Assembly: GCA_012295275.1 (NCBI GenBank)
Contig: CM022665.1
Coordinates: 12,462,001 to 12,526,000 of the forward strand
Direction: 5' to 3'
DNA from: Chrysomallon squamiferum
Lineage: Eukaryota; Animalia; Mollusca
DNA: 64,000 nucleotides
Shown piece by piece: positions 54,890 to 64,000 of this stretch. The translations under genes were made by a program, and so were the position numbers. A model generated the notes under the pieces. It was not told where the DNA came from and ran no database searches. It worked only from the letters and a program-made list of their open reading frames with translations. The first letter of the stretch is position 1, and each line of letters starts with the position of its first letter.

Positions 54890-55174
54890 GATTATATGAA
54901 TGTATTTATGTATGTATGTATGTATGTATGCATGAATGTGTGTGTATTTATGTGTGTATGAATGTATCATTACTATGTATGTAAGTATGCCGGTAGCTAG
55001 GTTTGTTTTACAATGTATATAATATGTTATTTGTATATTTGCAGGTAAGTAGGTATATACATGTGAGTACATATGTATTTATATGTGTTGATGTAAGGTT
55101 TTATGATGTAAGTAGGAGGTGTGAACGTATATGTATGTACGTGTGTGTATATATATGTGTGTTCTGTGTGTTTG

Positions 55175-55205
<31 letters not shown>

Positions 55206-55224
55206 GTATGTGTGTGTATATATA

Positions 55225-55255
<31 letters not shown>

Positions 55256-55370
55256 GTGTGTGTGTGTGTATATATGTATGTATATATATGTGTGTGTGTG
55301 TGTATTCATATTCATACACACACACACACACACACACACACATGGTATATGCGGGTGTATATGCATGCAT
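54890..55370. repeat. Alternating purine-pyrimidine (TA/TG/TATG) microsatellite block
   Basis: Directly visible; source of several spurious ORFs. Confidence 0.9.
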
Positions 55371-56353
55371 TAAATGATTATATAGAAACTCCTTCACAAA
55401 TATTCTTAAACACACGGTCCCAAGTGTAAATTAAATCACATACAAACAACTTTAAGTACATGCAGACAACCTTCCAAACATTTTTGTTTGAAGTTGCATT
55501 TAAATAGCTATATAGTCACATGCTTACAAACATCTGGGCTTGCCCTTTTAAAGACACTCATTATTAAACATTATTAAAGCGCATTTTATTTAATTATTTG
55601 GTCAGTCTGAAGATATACATACTTAGTTATGCAGTCATAGGGTGACAAAACCCAATACGCACTTATATAATTCTATAATTATATGGCAACACGCTCACAA
55701 ATATTCCTATCGATATGCGTTCATGTGATTGCAGGTGTATAGTTACATAGAGAGAACCATAAATATCCACACCCATTAGAACATGTGTTTTCACAACTAT
55801 TCAGCAAAGCGGTCACAAAAGAAACTAAACTACATTAATATTCTTGTTGTTATCTATTGGCTAGATAATAAGTTTGAGTTCATATTACATGAAGTAAGAA
55901 ATAATTCTGTTGAAACAAAAAAAGTGTAACGCATGTATATGGATGTCGTAATGTTTTATTCTGGGGGGGGTCCTTATTATTGTTTTCATAATCCTTTATT
56001 ATTGTTGTTGTTGTTGTTGTTGATAAGTAATTTTATAATAACTGATTTTGCATACATTTACACTGAGTGACACGTCTTTTGAATGTTTATCGAAATATAG
56101 TACGTGATGAAACTCAAAATTTGTTAGGCAGTTTAGCTGCTCAATAGATCAGCTGCTTCGATATATTTCGGCTGGTCCATAGTTGCTGGGAGAAGGTACA
56201 CAAGGGGAATGAAATGCTAAAACGATGGTCCTGAAGATAGCTAGGTATGTAAGCTGGTTGACTGACTGAATGGATAGATGTGTGGTTGATAGAATGAACG
56301 ATAGCCAGATGGTTAGGTTATATTTTGTCATTTTATTTTTAAAATTTCAGAAG

Positions 56354-57229
56354 ATGACTTCAACAATAAAAAAACGATCCGTTCGTCCTTTAGGATTTTA
56401 TCCAACTCTTAACCAACAACAACTACAAGACGAACGTCGACTGTTTCAACAACGGATTCAAATGCTGAATACAATGATGGAGCAACATCAGTTAGCGTCT
56501 TTTCGAGGCGTCACCTCCTCTGCAAGCACTCGTGACCACCGAGTCTCAGTAATGTGCTCTGACAGATACAACCCAGAGCTGATGAATGATGCCAACTTCG
56601 CTAAAAACTTTAGCAGAGTTCCAAAAAGAGTGGCTAGTGCAGGGGCAAGCTGTGGTTTCAGTTCTCCGGAAGAATCTTCTGTCTGTACTCGAGAATCGTT
56701 CTTTGAGCGGACAGATATGGGCAAGCTTCAGTGTGAGGTATTAGGGTCATATCTGTGTTCTGACTGTATCAGAATCAAACGAGTGGAATCAGTGGCCCAG
56801 GAAAAACGAGATATGTATCCCGAGATAAAAGTCGACACCAGATCGCTGATTGCTCCAGCCAAAGTGCAGCGTTTTAATTCGAGCTTGCCATCTCAGTTTT
56901 ATAACGAACGACGAAGCTTGGAATGTGGGTGCATCGTTCATCTGGATCATAACTTCTGGAATCCCGTAATTTTTACAGAAACGAACGTTTTCGATCGAGT
57001 TCGACAAGCCAGTAAAACGACCAAGATGTTGAATCACATAAATGCAAAACCGTTGACGTTACAACGAGAAATGTTAAACGAGAGCAGACGGCGAGAAGAA
57101 GGGTCGAAAACTAAAAAATCACTTCCGGTTGATTTTTGGACTCTCCTGCCAGCGAAGAGTTCTGTTCCGCAACACGACATGAAAGTCACAGTTACTTTTG
57201 CAAAAAGAAATTCGAAATCAGCCAGCTAA
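56354..57229 (+). CDS. Uncharacterised 291-aa protein, one coding exon
   Basis: Acceptor TTTTAAAATTTCAG at 56350, then AAG-ATG (MTSTIKKRSVRPLGFYP...); stop-free, higher-GC frame; AT-rich 3' flank with AATAAA. Confidence 0.85.
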   Translation: MTSTIKKRSVRPLGFYPTLNQQQLQDERRLFQQRIQMLNTMMEQHQLASFRGVTSSASTRDHRVSVMCSDRYNPELMNDANFAKNFSRVPKRVASAGASCGFSSPEESSVCTRESFFERTDMGKLQCEVLGSYLCSDCIRIKRVESVAQEKRDMYPEIKVDTRSLIAPAKVQRFNSSLPSQFYNERRSLECGCIVHLDHNFWNPVIFTETNVFDRVRQASKTTKMLNHINAKPLTLQREMLNESRRREEGSKTKKSLPVDFWTLLPAKSSVPQHDMKVTVTFAKRNSKSAS

Positions 57230-57595
57230 TCATTTATATTTTTATGATACAAACTAACGATTACGGTAATAATAATAATTATTATTTAACTAATTAATTA
57301 ATTAATAATAAATATTAATGAAATATCTTAATTATATTTATAATTCAAAGAATAATGTATAATAAATCATTGTTATTAAATATCATCTTTTTCTTTTTAC
57401 TTACTGTTACATTTTGGAGCACTTACTAATTTTTTTAGCATTAGTTTATAGCGCTAACCCATTATTTTTTCTCATTAACTGTACGTTTCTAACATTTTTA
57501 ACTCTTATTTTATTTGTGCATGTCTGTATAAAAACTGTATGGCTTGTTATATGTAAACTGTATGTTCATGGGTTTAACCTAATAAACTATAAGAT

Positions 57596-57628
<33 letters not shown>

Positions 57629-59294
57629 ATATATTTATATATATATATATATATCTAGTTAAAGGCTTAGGCTAAAAGTGAAGTATCGATGAACTAGTAA
57701 TAGTAAAAATTGAAATTTAAAGAATCAGTAAATAGTAATCAGTAACCAATATTTACAAACAATTCTGTCCATAAATGTAATTAGATAACCCTCTTTTGTT
57801 TTAATGTTGTGGATAATAAATCTCTTATTTAATAAAATCTCTTATATTAACTAAAGAAAGTTATCAACATGGGTTCGCCTGCAAAGTTATCTTCAGTGAG
57901 AGTTTATCGTTTTACAAACAACCAAAGGAGGTCAGGTTTGATAAGAAAAATAAATTAGGAGAAAAACAAACTGACGTGTTATTTATCACTGGTTAATTAT
58001 TATCATTTGTTTCGTTTCTTTAATCTCTCTCTTTCTGATTAGTAAAACAAATTTAATAATAACAGTAACAACAATAACAATAATAATGATGATGATGATG
58101 ATATTAATAAAGAAACCAACGAATTCATGTTGATTATTCACATACAAATGAAAGAATGAATGAAGGAAAGATTAGATGAATAATTGAAAAAAAACAAAAA
58201 ACAACAACCACGAATTCACTCAAGACTAATTAGTCATTTAGTGATTACGAAAATGAAAGAATCAGTCTTTCTGTTCCCTCCAGTTTCTATCATTCAAATA
58301 CAGCTAAATAAATTTTCCTTTGTGCATACAGTGATGTAAACAAACCCCAACCCCACCCCCCCCAAAAAAGCATTTCACTCAGTCATGTTTGATATTATTT
58401 GTAAACAAAAGTTTGATAGCACAGAAAGACATAACAGCTGTTTTCCTTGCTCAGTCAAGCTCAGGATTCTGAATGTCGAAATTCTTGAAGCGAGTTTGAA
58501 AACTTTCGGTTATTTTCCTTAACTCAAAGTCAGGGAAGAATTTAAAATATTTTCGCCACCCCTTGACAAAAGCATTAGCTACACTAACAGTTAAAGCAAA
58601 TCCATTATCAATATTTTACAGGGAACAAGGTTTAAATTAGCCAAGAGGGAAAAGCAAAACGTATAACCTTGAATTTCTCTCAATACCCGGTACATTAGTT
58701 TTGAACCCTGCCTTCCAGGGTGACATTTAACAATATGCTTTCTAAAGAGAAGAGGATAATTACTAATACATATATGATATTCGCAATAAAATTGCTTACG
58801 TTTACTGAAAACAACATCCGTATCAATCTAAATTATTAATATTTACATACATTTGGGAATGGTCCGCTCAGTGGCTGAAATTACCGTTGAAAGAGTGCAC
58901 GTCGTGTGATGGACAATAAAATGAAAAAGTGATGTTATTGTAAACAGTATACAAACAGTACTGTACAGATAGAATGTTAAATTTTTTATACGAATGAATT
59001 CGGTATATAAAATTAGAATTAGAATACGACGATGGTTTAGAGTAATATACACGTAGGAGTTTAACTTGTTAACATTTTTAATCGCAAATTTATTTCTAGG
59101 AAAATAGCTATCTATACTCTCGATGAATTTATCAATAATTCTCCCCACGACTAATCCAAAAGATTAATGGATTATCCTTTTTTCTCAATGATCATTTGGG
59201 ATATATCAAATTTCTGTTTTTAACAACCTACTAGCCACATTATAAAACCTGACCAACACTGACCGCTTTGTCTATATATACTGTGAACATTGCG

Positions 59295-59435
59295 ATGTCC
59301 ATGCAAGATTTTTCCAAAGAAGCAGCTGTTTCTGTCTGCGATGATGCTGCTGCGAAGTTCGGATTTGAAGGTGTCATCGAGACAATTCAAGCAGACTTCC
59401 AGGTTGGTGATAACGAAGAAGTGGATCAAAACGAG
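59295..59435 (+). CDS. SLC16/MCT-like MFS transporter, exon 1
   Basis: MSMQDFSKE...EVDQNE|GTAAGA, phase 0. Confidence 0.75.
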
Positions 59436-59666
59436 GTAAGAATTGGAAATTATTTATTAAAGAATAAATTATTAAATTACATCACTTACATTACCAGTAT
59501 ATTATTTTGTTTGTTATACCACCAGTCACATCTAATAATAAAGTATGGCTAAAACTAATTATGTTACAAAACATTTCAATATTGCCATTTTTATCATTTC
59601 CAAATGTAATGTGACTTTACTGAGATCTTGTTAGGGGGTGTGTGTGTGTGTGTGTGTGTGTGTGTT

Positions 59667-59712
<46 letters not shown>

Positions 59713-59879
59713 ATAGTGATTATTGCAGTAATAATTAATACATTTTGGGGTTATTTCTTTCGCTTTTTTAAATGCATTGCGATTTTCTGTGTGTGTATAT
59801 ATAATCATAGAGGTTATTATTATTAATAAATTTAGTTTATTTCTTTTTTTTTTTTTTTTTTTCTTTTTTTTAAATGAAG

Positions 59880-60414
59880 GATCCCACGATTGAATTAGAA
59901 GCTGGTGTAGAAATAACTCTACCAGACAATTCTACATCAACTCAGCCGCCAGAGGGCAGTAGAGCAAGGGGTATAACAGCGGCCGCGTTTTTCATCTACG
60001 CGACAATATTTGCCCACACAGCTAACCTAGAGAAAGTTCTTCTAGATTTGTCCACGCCGCCAACTACTGAAAGCATAAATGGAAATACGTGTCTGCAAGG
60101 TGAACGGTGGTCGCGCGAGTATCTCGTTTACCATTTTCTGTCATGTTTGAAATATTCGTCTTTTGAGGCGATGGTGGGTTCATTTTACAACGAAACCCAC
60201 ACGCTGTGTTTGCCATATGCTATAATGCCTGATATTAAAGGAGCGATGATGTCGGAAGGTATAAATGTCACGGACATTGCAGAATGTGACTTGCAGGTTC
60301 AGAAACATAACGAAAAGTGCTGCATACCTGGCGTAACAGTAGCCATCGCTACAACCCCCAGCAGAGATTATTCTCAAATAGCAGTCGTTTACAACAACGT
60401 ATTCGGACTTTTTG
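59880..60414 (+). CDS. SLC16/MCT-like MFS transporter, exon 2 (TM1, Cys-rich loop, start of TM2)
   Basis: Poly-T acceptor; PPEGSRARGITAAAFF corresponds to the MCT motif PPDGGWGW...AF; donor G|GTAAAT, phase 1. Confidence 0.88.
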
Positions 60415-60964
60415 GTAAATAATCGTATGTTATTACTAGCAGTATCACTTCCACTACTATTACTATTCCACTGTTGATACTATTTGTAACAGTTATTACT
60501 ATTTCTATTTCAATGTCCTGCTACTACAGCTACTATTAATACGTTTTCTATTACTGCCGCTGCTGCTATTTTTCTATGTGTATGTAAGTACAGCTTCTGG
60601 TACGTTTAATATTAACACCACTATTGCTGCTGCTGCTACTAACTACTGTTGTTATCCTGCTACAGAGGCCTAACATTACTACTACAACCACTACTACTGT
60701 TGCGGCTACTACTTCTTCTTCCATCACTACTGCTGCTACTTCTAAAACTTTTATATATTAATACTAATACCAACTGCGCAGTAACCATAATTACCCGAAA
60801 TGTTGTCTGTCTGCAATTACTTTTGAGAATGATGCAGATATCTTTATTTTGACACAGGTCAAAGTTAGTAAGATTATAAATCACATTAGATTATTTGTAA
60901 GAATGTCTTTTCATGACTGTTAGTAAAATACAGCCATTTTTCCAGCATTCTTCTTTTTGTAATA

Positions 60965-61014
60965 CAGGTACCGAACTATTTATCCGGAAATCCGGAAAAT
61001 CCAGAAAACCGGCA

Positions 61015-61058
<44 letters not shown>

Positions 61059-61489
61059 CATCATCATTATTATGTGACTACTTTTAAATTAAGTAAGTCG
61101 CCACTCGCTGCAATATTCTTGTTTCCGTGACGTACACGTTGAACGGTTTAAGTGAGACTGTTACTGTGCAGAGGTACATCTCTCACAAAAGTCATTATAC
61201 CTGTCAAATTAAATTATGTTTCTTATTTTTATTTATTTAATTTTCATTTGATATATTATACCTGATTTTGTAAGAAATTTAAGTGTTTTAAGAAGTGTAT
61301 TAATTGTTACAGATATCGTTTAAATAAAATTATGTTCTTTCTTTTCTTCGTTTAATTTTCATCCTATTTCTTATAGATCATAATCTATACAGATAACCTA
61401 CGATTTTTAATGGATTAAAAAAGAAGTAAATCCAGAAATCCGCACCTTCTCCAGTCCCAAACCTCGCCGGAGAAATGATTCGGTACCTG
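60965..61489. mobile_element. Tc1/mariner (Tigger/pogo-type) MITE in the transporter intron
   Basis: 23-bp TIR CAGGTACCGAACTATTTATCCGG versus CAGGTACCGAATCATTTCTCCGG; TA target duplication on both sides. Confidence 0.92.
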
Positions 61490-61675
61490 TATCATATCAG
61501 TACCGATTTCAGTGTTTCATGACATTATAAATTTTGTAATATTTTACTGTGATATAATATGTTGCTATTTTATATAATATGAAATGCAAATTATATTGTA
61601 AAACAGGGAGAGTTTAGTTACAAATAAACTTTTGTAAAGCCATTCTTAGTGCATTTGTGTAATTGGTTTTTACAG

Positions 61676-61822
61676 GTTTAATTTCTGCAGTTCTTATCAT
61701 AAGATTTGGTTATCGTATTGTTGCCGTAGCTGGTGCTGTTATTACTGCCATCGGATGTTTAAGTGCCTCATTCGTTCCCCACAACGTCCATCTGTTGTCG
61801 TTTTTGTATGGAGGACTGCCAG
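61676..61822 (+). CDS. SLC16/MCT-like MFS transporter, exon 3
   Basis: GLISAVLIIRFGYRIVAVAGAVITAIGCLSASF...LYGGLP includes the MFS motif A region; phase 1 on both sides. Confidence 0.92.
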
Positions 61823-62019
61823 GTAATAGGATTGTTACTCTGTAATCAGATACACAATGGGTCCAGTGCACATTATATTTAACATAAAAATATTCATTCA
61901 TTGTGAACATTATATTAAAACATATATTTTACAAAAACATCAGTTTCCTACCCTAATTTTGATCTGTGTTTTTCCTACTGTCATGATATTTACAAAATGT
62001 TCTCTTTCTTCGAATGAGA

Positions 62020-62155
62020 GGCAGTAGCTCACTTGTAAAGAACTCGGAATTAAGGATCACAGAATCACTTTGGCGTGCTCAGTAAGCTTCTTTATGATCT
62101 AGCCAGGGTTCCAGAACCAATTAAATAGTCTGTGATTATTGTTTTCCTGTCTGTA
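62020..62155 (+). mobile_element. Degenerate tRNA-derived SINE 5' fragment
   Basis: GTAGCTCACTTGTAAAG resembles an A-box, followed by TCTAGCCAGGGTTCCAGAAC...TCCTGTCTGT and an A run; similarity from recall only. Confidence 0.3.
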
Positions 62156-62322
62156 AAAAAAAAAAAAAAAAACATAAAAAGTAACCCATAAAAGATGTGA
62201 GCGAGCTTAAATATTTATAACAGAATTATTGAGATAAACCAAATGTAAGCTCTACTTTTTTATATTATTATTGTTGTTGTTGTTGTTGTTATGAATTACT
62301 TTTCATTCTCTCTCTTCGTCAG

Positions 62323-62691
62323 CAATCGGACTTAACTTCCTGTCAGTTTCCACAACAGTAGCTATTCTTGAATATTACCGCACAAAAAGGATGAGAGCTT
62401 TGCTGTTTGCACAACTTGGACCTGTTCTTGCGGGCCTGTTTTATCGTATTATACAACGGTTTTTATTTCCAATTTTGCTGTTGAACGTCTGGAGAAATAT
62501 TCTTCGCTTTGAAGCCGGAAGTAGCGCACTGCTTGCATTGGTAAGTCTGTGTCTGAGGCCGCTTAAGTTACGAATGATAGACAACTGTGATGACAGCCTC
62601 GTTTCCAGGATGCTTGGTCTTTCTGGTTTTGGACTGTTTAAGGAACCTTTGCTTTACATAATGGCTGCCTTGTTTTTCTTCTGGAAAGGAG
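62323..62691 (+). CDS. SLC16/MCT-like MFS transporter, exon 4
   Basis: AIGLNFLSVSTTVAILEYYRTKRMRALLFAQLG (compare MCT YFxKRRxLA) through WRNILRF; phases consistent. Confidence 0.9.
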
Positions 62692-62948
62692 GTTTGTACC
62701 TTTCAGTAAATGCTATTGTTGTTGTTCTTCATCATCATCTTCTTCTTCTTCTCCTAATTATTATCATGATAATTTATTTATTTTTTATTTTTATTTACTT
62801 CTTTTTTTTTAACATTTTATTTGTCATTGTCAATATCATGTTTATATATTAATATTCAATAATGCTACAATAAGAACAAAACAACCCCTAAAATATTCCT
62901 TTTCCTGTATAATAATTTCTTTGTAAGATCACAAATATTATTTTTCAG

Positions 62949-63218
62949 CTTACGACATCCCATTCGTAAAGCTCGGAACCTACGGTACTACTTTCATTAT
63001 AATTCCTGTTGGCCTATTGTTGTTAATTATTGCCTACCTGGGCAATTTGATTGGAACACTAATTGGATGCTGCTTGCCTCGCGATATGGCAATACGGAAT
63101 GTCTTCATCGTCATAATTATAATGAGCACAGTTACCGGATCGCTTAACATGAGCGCCAGTCAAATGCATCTTCCTATTTTTGCCATCGTCTACAGCGGAA
63201 TATTTGGTATTTTTACAG
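62949..63218 (+). CDS. SLC16/MCT-like MFS transporter, exon 5
   Basis: AYDIPFVKLG...YSGIFGIFTG; TTTTTCAG acceptor and G|GTAAAA donor. Confidence 0.9.
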
Positions 63219-63856
63219 GTAAAAATTTCTGTAATATATATTCAGTTACTTATTGTTTTACCGTTCTGTCTATGTTTATTTTCACTGTTTGGATATTTTA
63301 TAGACGTTTTTTGTTTTGTTTTGTTTTTGAGGAGGAGATGGTGGAGTTTCTTTGGTATAGAAAATGCTTAAAACTATATTTTTATATGGTTGTTTTATTC
63401 TCAATTTAATCATTAAAAAAAAATAATAATAATATAAAAATTGTTCTTTTTTTTTTCTTTACAAAAATAAGTTAATTACTAAATACTGGCACTCCGAATT
63501 TACTTTTGGCCAATAAAAGGAGAAAACTTTATTTCCAATTTTTCATCAACAAAGACTGGACATAAAAAACACCTTCACCCCCACTCACCCAAAAAAGAGC
63601 TCAGTTTAAAATCAAATTTAAGTAATTAAATAATTCCAAAACATTTTTATTCAATCAGCTATATTAATATTGTTTAGATCAGATGTGGCAACGAATCTGT
63701 TTATTAAAAAGTGCGAAATATTATTAATGGGAAATCCCCTGACATTAACATTTAAAAGAAATAAAGCTTGTCAGACGGAAATAATTTTGAATATTAATAA
63801 TATCTTCTAATGGATCAGTGAAAACTCTAAATGTGTATGACAATATTTATTTATAG

Positions 63857-63982
63857 GTATTGGGATTCCGTGTTTGAAGTACACCATACCTATAGCATTT
63901 GGGGAAGATAATATTGCCCTGAGTACTGGCATTATGGAATTTTCATTCGGTTTAGCTAGCATTGCGATTCTGCCATTAGCAG
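63857..63982 (+). CDS. SLC16/MCT-like MFS transporter, exon 6 (gene continues past the window)
   Basis: GIGIPCLKYTIPIAFGEDIIALSTGIMEFSFGLASIAILPLAG|GTGAGT (TM10-11). Confidence 0.9.
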
Positions 63983-64000
63983 GTGAGTTCTTACATTTAG

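Noticed and set aside
56270-56353. N-terminal extension MDRCVV... of the 319-aa ORF
   Set aside because: Ends in a polypyrimidine tract and AG acceptor, so it is probably intronic; ATG 56354 is preferred.
58531-58710. CAGGG...TTTGAACCCTG possible hAT MITE
   Set aside because: The TIR match is only ~5 bp and there is no TSD.

Overview
AT-rich, microsatellite-rich eukaryotic genomic DNA with spliceosomal introns, from an invertebrate; its repeats resemble molluscan ones (inference from recall). Best-supported genes: (1) complete TMEM258 (OST subunit; + strand, 29883-31525, 81 aa) with a U12-type minor intron; (2) six coding exons of a divergent SLC16/MCT-like MFS transporter (+ strand, from 59295, running off the window end), with a six-cysteine first extracellular loop and no TM8 arginine; (3) two orphan genes each with a single coding exon (662 aa on -, 291 aa on +). 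A near-identical ~10.5 kb tandem duplication (5439-15955 / 15956-~26445) holds the 5' part of a minus-strand spliced locus. That locus weakly resembles a decayed DED-caspase gene behind ISRE-like motifs. Also present: several MITEs (hAT and Tc1/mariner types), a decayed Tigger-like transposase, a LINE/SINE 3' tail and minisatellites. Most short ORFs in the supplied track are microsatellite artefacts. All family assignments come from reading the sequence, not from database searches.
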